Positions 34,221 through 40,697 of a DNA stretch of 40,697 nt are shown piece after piece (within the stretch, counting starts at the first letter, position 1; the number at the start of each line of letters is the position of its first letter). The notes below the pieces were generated by a model that searched no databases, had not been told where the DNA came from, and saw only the letters and a program-made list of their open reading frames with translations. The position numbers were made by a program, and so were the translations under genes. The stretch is from Gaiellaceae bacterium (GTDB lineage: Bacteria > Actinomycetota > Thermoleophilia > Gaiellales > Gaiellaceae), in assembly GCA_035296825.1 (NCBI GenBank), contig DATHAG010000002.1, forward strand, positions 1 through 40,697, written 5' to 3'.

Positions 34221-35381
34221 TTAGGAGATCCTTGGCACTCTTCGGTCAAGAGTGCCAGAGCCCCGAAGTATGCTTACGGCGACGAGCGTAACCATGCAGA
34301 CGACCGCGCTGAGGACGAACGGCATGCCGTCGCCGAACAGGTCCGCGAGCTGGCCGCCAACCGCAGGACCCACGACGTTTCCTGCCGCCCAGGCCCCGTT
34401 TGCAAGCCCGAACGAGAGCCCCTGTGCAAGTCCGAACGACTCAGCGGTGTCGGAGATCATCGCGCTCGCCGGAGCGTAGAACCCCCCGTAGGCGAGCAAG
34501 GAGAGGACTCCGAGAGCCGCCACGATCGCGGCCGGCTCCGCCCACGCGAGCCCGAGCGAGACCGCGATCGATGCGATCAGCGCGAGTCGCACCGGCAGGA
34601 AACGCCCGCGGCGATCCGAGTAGCGCCCGATGAGCGGGTGCAGGACGACCTCTGCCGCCGCTCCGGTCAGGAAGACGGCTGCGATCGCGGCAGCTCCCCA
34701 GCCCGCCTGCCCGAGCTCGAGCGGAACGAGGACGGTGACCACTCCGAAGAGAAGGGCCGGCAAGAGCATGAGCCAGAGGCCCCCTAGAAAGCTCGGGCGC
34801 TGAAGCGCCTTTCCGAGGGCGCTCAGCGGCTGTGGCTCGGGCTCTGCATCGGGCGAGGTCAGTGTCCAGCCGACCAGGACCGCGCCGATCACGCTGACGG
34901 CGACGAAGGTCGGGCGCGTGCCGACGACCGCGGCCGCACCTCCCAGCACCGGGCCGAAGATCGCTCCGAAGACCGCAGCGCCGATCGCCGTCCCGAGGGT
35001 CTGACCCCGTCGCTCCCTCGGTGTCACGGAAACGAGCCAGGTGAAGCCTCCGGCCCAGGAGAGCGTGCTCCCGAAGCCCTGGAAGAGGCGGCTGACTCCC
35101 AGCGTCCAGGCGCTCCCTGCGAACCCGAAGCCGAGGCAGGCCAGGGACATGAGGACGAGCCCTGCGAGGACCGTTCGCTTCGGCCCGAGGTGCGCAGCTG
35201 CGAGGCCACTCGGAATGGCCGCGAGGAGCGCCCCCGCGGCAAAGGACGCGACCAGGAGTCCCGAGCCGGCCTTCGAGAGCTCGTACTCCGACGCGAACTC
35301 GGGGAGGAGCGGCACGAGGGCCGCGTAGAGCATCGTGTCGACGAGGACGATCCCGCAGACGAGCATGACGAGCCTCCGCAC
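34221..35381 (-). CDS. MFS transporter (12-TM type)
   Basis: 386 aa, hydrophobic throughout, MFS loop motif near PRERRGQTLG. Start GTG 35381 or ATG 35366. Confidence 0.85.
   Translation of the reverse strand: MRRLVMLVCGIVLVDTMLYAALVPLLPEFASEYELSKAGSGLLVASFAAGALLAAIPSGLAAAHLGPKRTVLAGLVLMSLACLGFGFAGSAWTLGVSRLFQGFGSTLSWAGGFTWLVSVTPRERRGQTLGTAIGAAVFGAIFGPVLGGAAAVVGTRPTFVAVSVIGAVLVGWTLTSPDAEPEPQPLSALGKALQRPSFLGGLWLMLLPALLFGVVTVLVPLELGQAGWGAAAIAAVFLTGAAAEVVLHPLIGRYSDRRGRFLPVRLALIASIAVSLGLAWAEPAAIVAALGVLSLLAYGGFYAPASAMISDTAESFGLAQGLSFGLANGAWAAGNVVGPAVGGQLADLFGDGMPFVLSAVVCMVTLVAVSILRGSGTLDRRVPRIS
34232..34258. promoter_or_regulatory. CIRCE (HrcA operator) element 2, TTGGCACTC-N9-GAGTGCCAG
   Basis: Second near-perfect inverted repeat with the same left arm. 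It lies inside the last 12 codons of the upstream MFS gene. Confidence 0.65.
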
Positions 35382-35404
35382 GGCGCGAAGCTAGCATCGG
35401 ATCG

Positions 35405-35839
35405 GTGCGCCGCGAGTTCTCTGCGGGAGGCGTGGTCGTTCGCCGGCTCGGCGGCGAGTGGCGCCTGGCGGCGATCCGTCCCGCGGGCAAGGACATATGG
35501 GCGCTGCCGAAGGGGATCATCGACGCGGGCGAGAAGCCACCGGAGACCGCGCTCCGCGAAGTTCGCGAAGAAACGGGGGTCGACGGCCGGCTCCTCGAGA
35601 AGCTCGGCGACATCCGCTACGTCTACACGTGGGGCGGCGAGCGGGTCTTCAAGGTCGTGAGCTTCTTCCTGATCCGCTACTCGCGTGGCCGGCTCGGTGA
35701 CATTGCGCCCGAGATGCGGCACGAGGTCGACGGAACGCGCTGGCTCCCGCTCGCGGACGCTTCCCGACTGCTGGCCTACGGCGGGGAGCGACAGATGGCC
35801 GCGCGAGCTTGGGAAATCCTGGCTCCAGAAGCTCTATGA
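35405..35839 (+). CDS. NUDIX hydrolase
   Basis: 144 aa, GTG start. Nudix box GIIDAGEKPPETALREVREETGV. Confidence 0.85.
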   Translation: MRREFSAGGVVVRRLGGEWRLAAIRPAGKDIWALPKGIIDAGEKPPETALREVREETGVDGRLLEKLGDIRYVYTWGGERVFKVVSFFLIRYSRGRLGDIAPEMRHEVDGTRWLPLADASRLLAYGGERQMAARAWEILAPEAL

Positions 35840-36261
35840 TGCTGCGCGCCCCCGTGCGCGCCCTCGAAGAGCCGATGTACGCACTGAACTTCTACTCACC
35901 CATGGTCGCCGACCAGCTGCGGAGCCGTCGGAAGACGGCCACGATCCGCCTCGGCGACAAGTCGGCCAAGTACAAGAAGGGCATGGTCGTCCAGATCCTC
36001 GTAGGCCAGCGGTACGGCCCGCGGGAGCGCATCTTCGACGCGGTCATCGACAAGGTCGACGTGAAGTCGCTCGCGGAGCTCTCGCCGCGCGAGATCGAGC
36101 ACGACAACCCCGAGATCCGTCGCACCGAGGAGCTTGCCAGCTTCCTCGGGCAGCTCTACAACCGCGAGGTGACCGAGGCCGACCAGGTCACCTTGATCCG
36201 GTTCTCCGAGATCCTCTCCACGCCGAGACCCGACGCCTTCGGGCGCCAAAGCCAGAACTAG
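35836..36261 (+). CDS. ASCH-domain (PUA-like fold) protein
   Basis: ATG 35836 makes an ATGA overlap with the NUDIX stop (alternative ATG 35875). RRKTATIRLGDKSAKYKKGMVVQILVG...FDAVIDKVDVKSLAEL...VTLIRFSEI fits the ASCH pattern. Confidence 0.6.
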   Translation: MMLRAPVRALEEPMYALNFYSPMVADQLRSRRKTATIRLGDKSAKYKKGMVVQILVGQRYGPRERIFDAVIDKVDVKSLAELSPREIEHDNPEIRRTEELASFLGQLYNREVTEADQVTLIRFSEILSTPRPDAFGRQSQN

Positions 36262-36263
36262 AA

Positions 36264-36542
36264 CTAGACGCCGGACTTCCGGATCGCCGTCCCGAACAGC
36301 TCGGGGTCTCGCAGCGGCGTCCCGCAGCCCTCACACTCGACGGCAAACGCGGAGCTGAATCGCGCCCCGCACCCCGGGCAGCGAAGCCGTATTTCCTCGC
36401 CGCAGGTCGGGCAGGCAGCTTCGACCTCGCCTTCCGACTCGTCGAAGTACCTCTGCGCGTGCCCGCAACCGAGACAGAAGGCCACCCAGTCGCCCAGAGT
36501 CTTGCGCCGCTCCTCCCGGAGCCAGTCCGCTGCCTTGCCCAT
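36264..36542 (-). CDS. Small double zinc-ribbon protein (four CxxC pairs), function unknown
   Basis: This is the last 92 codons of the 795-aa ORF 36264-38651, beginning at ATG 36542 (MGKAADWLREERRK...). Cys pairs CLGC, CPTC, CPGC, CEGC. The rest of that ORF is antisense to the E1 genes. Confidence 0.55.
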   Translation of the reverse strand: MGKAADWLREERRKTLGDWVAFCLGCGHAQRYFDESEGEVEAACPTCGEEIRLRCPGCGARFSSAFAVECEGCGTPLRDPELFGTAIRKSGV

Positions 36543-36608
36543 CACGGCTAGCCTAGATGGTCGTCGGGTAAAGTCACGGCGCCGAGAGAAGGGGACGACA
36601 GCCGCCAC

Positions 36609-37655
36609 ATGGCGATTGCGCGCGAAGCAGAGCCAGTCAGCTCGATCAAGGAGACCAAGGAAGCCGGTCTCGACCGCGAGGACCTCCTCGGCATCTACCG
36701 CAACCTCATCCTCACTCGGGGAATCGAGGAGCGGGGCCACATCCTCTACAAGCAGGGCAAGATCCCGGGGAGTTTCTATACGGGCCGCGGGAACGAGGCG
36801 GCAGCGGTCGGGGTTGCCACAGCAATGCGCCCGGAGGACGTCGGGACCCCGTTGCACCGCGACATGGGAGTCCACGTCGTCCGCGGCGTCGAGCCCTGGC
36901 GCATGTTCGCCCAGTTCATGGGGCGAGTCGACGGCCCCACGCGCGGCCGGGACGGGAATGTCCACATGGCCGATGACCGGCTCGGCTTGATCGCGATGGT
37001 GAGCCACCTGCCGGCGATGCTCCCGGTGGCGGTGGGCGCCGCGCTCGCCTTCAGGATCCGCGAAGAGAAGCGGGTCGCGGTCGGCTGGTTCGGCGAAGGT
37101 GCCTCTGCACGCGGCGATACGCACGAGAGCATGAACATGGCCGGTGTCCGGAGACTCCCGGTGGTCTTCGTCTGCGACAACAACCAATGGGCGTACTCGA
37201 CCCCGACTCACCTCGAGTTCGCGTGCGAGACGGTCGCCGATCGAGCACAGGCGTACGGGTTCGAAGGTGTCGTCGTCGACGGAACGGACGTGCTCGCCGT
37301 CTACCGCGAAGCCAAGCGCGCCCTCGAGAACGCCCGCGAGGGCGGCGGCCCGACGCTGATCGAGTGCCTCACCCTCCGTATGGAGGGCCACGCCGTTCAC
37401 GACGACGCCTTCTACGTCCCGAAGGAGATGTTCGAGGAGTGGGCGAAGCGCGATCCGCTCGAGCGCTTCCGGACGTGGCTCCGCGAAAACGCAGACTTCA
37501 CGGACCAGGAGGAGGGCGAGATCAGCGAGCAGGTCAAGAAGCTTCTGAACGACGCGATCCGGAAAGCCGACGAGAGCCCGCTCCCCGAGCCCGACGGCGA
37601 GGTCGATGCCGTATACGCGACTCCTGAAGAGCTCGAGACTCCTCACCACAAGTAG
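36609..37655 (+). CDS. Branched-chain/pyruvate-type 2-oxoacid dehydrogenase E1 alpha subunit (TPP-dependent)
   Basis: 348 aa. YRNLILTRGIEERGHILYKQGKIPGSFYTGRGNEAAAVG, WFGEGASARGDTHESMNMAG...VCDNNQWAYS. Confidence 0.92.
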   Translation: MAIAREAEPVSSIKETKEAGLDREDLLGIYRNLILTRGIEERGHILYKQGKIPGSFYTGRGNEAAAVGVATAMRPEDVGTPLHRDMGVHVVRGVEPWRMFAQFMGRVDGPTRGRDGNVHMADDRLGLIAMVSHLPAMLPVAVGAALAFRIREEKRVAVGWFGEGASARGDTHESMNMAGVRRLPVVFVCDNNQWAYSTPTHLEFACETVADRAQAYGFEGVVVDGTDVLAVYREAKRALENAREGGGPTLIECLTLRMEGHAVHDDAFYVPKEMFEEWAKRDPLERFRTWLRENADFTDQEEGEISEQVKKLLNDAIRKADESPLPEPDGEVDAVYATPEELETPHHK

Positions 37656-37661
37656 GAACCG

Positions 37662-38633
37662 ATGGCCGTCAAGACGTATCTGCAGGCGATCTCCGACGCT
37701 CTTCGCGACGAGATGCGCCGCGACAAGCGGGTTTTCGTGATCGGCGAGGATGTGGGCGTTTACGGGGGCGCCTTCAAGGTGACCAAGGACTTCCAGCAGG
37801 AGTTCGGTCCCTGGCGTGTCATCGACGCTCCCCTGTCCGAGACCGCGATCGTGGGCGGCTGCACGGGCGCCGCGATCATGGGCATGCGACCCGTGGCGGA
37901 GATGCAGTTCGCGGACTTCATCTCCTGCGCCTGGGATCACCTGGTCACCGTGGCGGCCAAACAGCACTACCGGGCGGGAACGGCCGTGCCGATCGTCGTT
38001 CGGCTTCCCTCCGGCGGTGGCTTCTCTGGAGGCCCGTTCCACTCGCAGAACCCCGAGTCGAGCTTCGCGCACATTCCAGGCCTCAAGATCGCCTGCCCGG
38101 CAACTCCCGCAGACGCGAAGGGACTCCTCCTCTCGGCGATCGAGGATCCGAACCCCGTTCTCTACTTCGAGCACAAGCATCTCTACCGGCGCATCAAGGA
38201 CGAGGTGCCGGACGAGCGCTACACGATCCCCTTCGGCGAGGCCCGGATTCACCGCGAGGGTGACGACGTGACGCTCGTCACCTGGGGCGCGATGGTCTAC
38301 ACGGCGGACGAGGCCGCGAAGCAGCTGGAGGACGAGCTTTCCGTCGAGATCATCGACCTGCGGACGATCGCTCCGTGGGACCGCGAAACGGTGCTCGAAT
38401 CGGTTGCAAAGACGTCGAAGGCGCTCGTGCTCCACGAGGATACGCAGACCGCCGGCTTCGGGGCCGAGATCATGGCGACGATCATGGAGGAGGCGTTCGA
38501 GGATCTCGATGCGCCGGTGAAGCGGGTTACCGCGCCGGATACGCCGGTCCCGTTCGCGCCTCCGCTCGAGAAGTGGTTCCTTCCGCAGGTCGAGGACGTC
38601 GTGGCAGGCCTCAAGGACCTGGCCGAGTACTAA
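37662..38633 (+). CDS. 2-oxoacid dehydrogenase E1 beta subunit
   Basis: 323 aa. VIGEDVGVYGGAFKVTKDF, VIDAPLSETAIVG, EMQFADFI, HSQNPES. Confidence 0.93.
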   Translation: MAVKTYLQAISDALRDEMRRDKRVFVIGEDVGVYGGAFKVTKDFQQEFGPWRVIDAPLSETAIVGGCTGAAIMGMRPVAEMQFADFISCAWDHLVTVAAKQHYRAGTAVPIVVRLPSGGGFSGGPFHSQNPESSFAHIPGLKIACPATPADAKGLLLSAIEDPNPVLYFEHKHLYRRIKDEVPDERYTIPFGEARIHREGDDVTLVTWGAMVYTADEAAKQLEDELSVEIIDLRTIAPWDRETVLESVAKTSKALVLHEDTQTAGFGAEIMATIMEEAFEDLDAPVKRVTAPDTPVPFAPPLEKWFLPQVEDVVAGLKDLAEY

Positions 38634-38639
38634 GGACGC

Positions 38640-40064
38640 ATGGCAACGCAAACCGCCGTCGATGTCGTGATGCCGCAGATGGGCGTCTCCGTCTCCGAGG
38701 GGACGATCACGAAGTGGCTGAAGGCTGAGGGAGAGGAGGTCGCAGCCGACGAGTCACTGCTCGAGATCTCGACCGACAAGGTCGACACCGAGGTGCCCAG
38801 CCCGGCGAGCGGCGTCCTGACGCAGATCCTCGTCCCGGAGGGTGAGACGGTCGAGGTTGGCACGAAGCTTGCCGTCATCTCGCCCGAAGGTGGCGGCGAG
38901 GCGGTCGAGGAGCCGCCGGAGCCCGCGACCCAGCAAGCGGCGGAAGAGTCTGCGGACGCAAGCGGCGCCGAGGGCGAGACGCCGACGGCAGGGAAGGTGG
39001 AGGAGCCCCCGCCGCCACCGAGCCCCGAGCCGGCGGCCGAGACTCCCGCCCCCGCTGCCACGCCCGAGCCGGACGGCGACGGGGACGGCCAGGGCCGCTC
39101 GTTCGTCTCCCCGGTCGTAGCGCGCATCGCGTCCGAGCACGACGTCGACGTAGGCCAGATTGAAGGCAGCGGCCGCGGTGGCCGGGTCACGAAGAAGGAC
39201 ATCCTCGCGTTCGTGGAGCAAGGCGGCGCGAAGGCCGCGCCCGAGGCTCCGCCCGCACCCGCCGCACCGGCCGCTCCGCAGACTCCCGCTGCAGAGCCCG
39301 CCCGGGCGGCCGTCCCGGCTCAGGCTCAAGCCGAAAAGGTCGAGCCCGCCGCGGGCGAGACGGTCGAGCCCATGACGCCCATGCGCAAGGGGATCGCCGA
39401 GCACATGCGGCGCTCGCTCGACACGTCGGCACACGTCACGACGACGTTCGAGGTCGACCTCTCGAAGGTCGTGGCCATCCGCCAGAAGCTGAAGCGAGAG
39501 TACGAGGAACGGCATGGGGTGAAGCTCACTTACCTGGCCTTCATCGCCCGGGCCACGCTCGACGCGATCGCGAAGTGGCCGTGGATGAACGCGGAGATCC
39601 GCGGCGAGTCGATCGTGACCAAGAGCTACGTGAACCTCGGGATCGCGGTCGCGCTGGAAGGCGGCAAAGGGCTCATCGTCCCCGTCGTCAAGCACGCCGA
39701 GGAGAAGAACCTGCTCGGGCTCGCGCGCGCCGTCGAACAGATTGCAGATCGCGCGCGGAACAAGAAGCTGATGCCCGACGACGTCCAGGGCGGCACGTTC
39801 ACGATCACGAACCCCGGCGGGTTCGGGGCCATCCACGGGACGCCGATCATCAGCCAGCCGCAGGTTGCGATCCTCGACGTCGAGGCGATGGTGAAGCGGC
39901 CCGTCGTCATCCAGGACGACGCCGGCAGCGACGTGATCGCGATCCGGCCGATGATGAACCTCTGCCTCGCCTACGACCACCGGCTGATTGACGGCGCCTA
40001 CGCCGCGCAGTTCATGCGCGACCTGAGAACCAACCTCCAGACGTGGGATGAAAGCGCCTACTAG
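38640..40064 (+). CDS. Dihydrolipoamide acyltransferase E2 (one lipoyl domain, PSBD, catalytic domain)
   Basis: 474 aa. Lipoyl motif LLEISTDKVDTEVPSP, Ala/Pro linkers, PSBD SPVVARIASEHDVDVGQIEGSGRGGRVTKKDI, catalytic DHRLIDGA. Confidence 0.93.
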   Translation: MATQTAVDVVMPQMGVSVSEGTITKWLKAEGEEVAADESLLEISTDKVDTEVPSPASGVLTQILVPEGETVEVGTKLAVISPEGGGEAVEEPPEPATQQAAEESADASGAEGETPTAGKVEEPPPPPSPEPAAETPAPAATPEPDGDGDGQGRSFVSPVVARIASEHDVDVGQIEGSGRGGRVTKKDILAFVEQGGAKAAPEAPPAPAAPAAPQTPAAEPARAAVPAQAQAEKVEPAAGETVEPMTPMRKGIAEHMRRSLDTSAHVTTTFEVDLSKVVAIRQKLKREYEERHGVKLTYLAFIARATLDAIAKWPWMNAEIRGESIVTKSYVNLGIAVALEGGKGLIVPVVKHAEEKNLLGLARAVEQIADRARNKKLMPDDVQGGTFTITNPGGFGAIHGTPIISQPQVAILDVEAMVKRPVVIQDDAGSDVIAIRPMMNLCLAYDHRLIDGAYAAQFMRDLRTNLQTWDESAY

Positions 40065-40697
40065 AGGCGCGTACCTCCTCGAGCTAGGCGAGACCCCCTA
40101 CCTCGAGGCGTGGGAGCTCCAGCGGTCTTTGGCGGCGGCGGTGCAGGAGGGCACGATCCCGGACACGGTCGTGCTGCTCGAGCACCCACCCGTGATCACG
40201 ACCGGGCGGCGAACAGACGAGAACGAGGTGCACGTACCAGAGGGCTCTGACGTGGAGGTGGTCGAAACCGACCGCGGGGGCAAGTCGACGTACCACGCGC
40301 CGGGCCAGCTCGTCTGCTACCCGATTCTCGACCTGAACCGACATGGACGCGACGTGCGGAGGTACTGTCGAGACCTCGAGGAGGCGGTGATCCGCACTCT
40401 TGGTGCGTTCGACCTCACCGCGACTCGTCTCGAGGGACTGACCGGCGTTTGGCTCGAGCGCCCACCGCAAAAGATCTGTTCCATCGGGGTTCACATCTCG
40501 CGCTGGGTGACGACGCATGGCTATGCCCTCAACGTCGATCTCGACCCGGCCCCGTTCACGAATTGGATCACGGCCTGTGGGCTCGAGGACGCGGCCTTCA
40601 CGACGATGGCGCGGGAGCTCCGCCGGCCGCTCGCGGTCGACCAGGTGCGGCCCCACGCCGCCGCGGCTCTCGAGGAAGTCTTTAGCCTGTCTTTCGA
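40048..40697 (+). CDS. lipB: Lipoyl(octanoyl) transferase LipB, partial (C-terminus beyond right edge)
   Basis: Not in the ORF track. Manual translation from ATG 40048: MKAPTRGAYLLELGETPYLEAWELQRSLAAAVQEGTIPDTVVLLEHPPVITTGRRTD...TDRGGKSTYHAPGQLVCYPIL...KICSIGVHISRWVTTHGYALNV. Overlaps the E2 3' end by 17 nt. Confidence 0.88.
   Translation, partial: MKAPTRGAYLLELGETPYLEAWELQRSLAAAVQEGTIPDTVVLLEHPPVITTGRRTDENEVHVPEGSDVEVVETDRGGKSTYHAPGQLVCYPILDLNRHGRDVRRYCRDLEEAVIRTLGAFDLTATRLEGLTGVWLERPPQKICSIGVHISRWVTTHGYALNVDLDPAPFTNWITACGLEDAAFTTMARELRRPLAVDQVRPHAAAALEEVFSLSF

Noticed and set aside
36543-38651. The roughly 700-codon upstream part of the 795-aa minus-strand ORF 36264-38651
   Set aside because: It is exactly codon-aligned antisense to the strongly recognisable E1 alpha and E1 beta genes. 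In that register, antisense stops require sense TTA/CTA/TCA codons, which are rare in high-GC genomes. The translation is Arg/His/Leu/Val/Asp-rich with no domain. Only the last 92 codons, which lie outside the E1 genes, look like a real zinc-ribbon gene.
38880-39340. Repetitive Ala/Pro/Glu-rich DNA (PAPAAPAAP-type), considered as a possible tandem repeat or array
   Set aside because: It encodes the flexible inter-domain linkers of the E2 acyltransferase, on either side of the peripheral-subunit-binding domain. It is in frame and typical of the family, and is not a CRISPR or non-coding repeat.
38754-39980. 408-aa minus-strand ORF. Similar cases are 34441-35613 (-), 7985-8773 (-), 8437-9540 (+), 4178-4951 (-), 3191-4027 (-), 6029-6925 (+), 32590-33792 (+) and 32099-33118 (+).
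   Set aside because: All lie opposite or out of frame with confidently identified genes (E2, MFS, paaG, htrA, paaBC, paaA, DUF2339, groEL). Their translations are Arg/Pro/Gly/Ser-rich, as is typical of wrong frames in GC-rich DNA.

Overview
High-GC (roughly 70% by eye) chromosomal segment that looks actinobacterial (possibly Rubrobacteria/Thermoleophilia-like). It is densely packed with about 46 protein genes and one tRNA. I saw no CRISPR array, transposase, integrase, rRNA or phage genes. Product calls rest on motif and family recognition only, since no searches could be run.

Main blocks:
(1) Minus-strand operon tetR / DAG-kinase-like lipid kinase / 2-oxoacid dehydrogenase E1 alpha / E1 beta. 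The E1 beta gene runs off the left edge and is missing from the ORF track. The operon shares a 41-bp control region with paaABCD (phenylacetyl-CoA epoxidase).
(2) DUF2339 polytopic membrane protein divergent from an XRE regulator.
(3) Scattered phenylacetate and beta-oxidation genes: a paaG-like gene, an EthD/MenB-like crotonase/crotonase operon, and an aldehyde dehydrogenase plus a PaaJ/PcaF-type thiolase.
(4) gabT and a DUF606 transporter.
(5) A complete purine-to-allantoin module. A three-subunit xanthine-dehydrogenase-type molybdoenzyme sits divergent from a translationally coupled operon: adenine deaminase, COG0402 deaminase, HIU hydrolase, OHCU decarboxylase, uricase and DUF3830.
(6) A metal-flavoured accessory patch: MqnD-like protein, DtxR-family regulator, two back-to-back unknowns, ornithine-cyclodeaminase family, Rieske protein and a signal-less BtuF/TroA-like binding protein.
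(7) tRNA-Arg(GCG), ygfZ, and a lower-GC secreted unknown.
(8) groES-groEL with two CIRCE operators.
(9) MFS transporter, NUDIX-ASCH pair and a double zinc-ribbon protein.
(10) bkd-type E1alpha-E1beta-E2 operon followed by lipB, which runs off the right edge and is also missing from the ORF track.

Many long ORFs in the track are codon-aligned antisense artefacts of high-GC DNA. No single clearly novel multi-gene system is evident. The best candidates for new biology are:
- the DUF3830 gene at the end of the uricolysis operon;
- the split, paaE/paaZ-less phenylacetate pathway with candidate replacement enzymes;
- the molybdoenzyme large subunit, whose conserved N-terminus lies upstream of any canonical start codon;
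- the unknown divergent gene pair at 27.1-27.8 kb;
- the secreted aromatic-rich protein in a low-GC patch.
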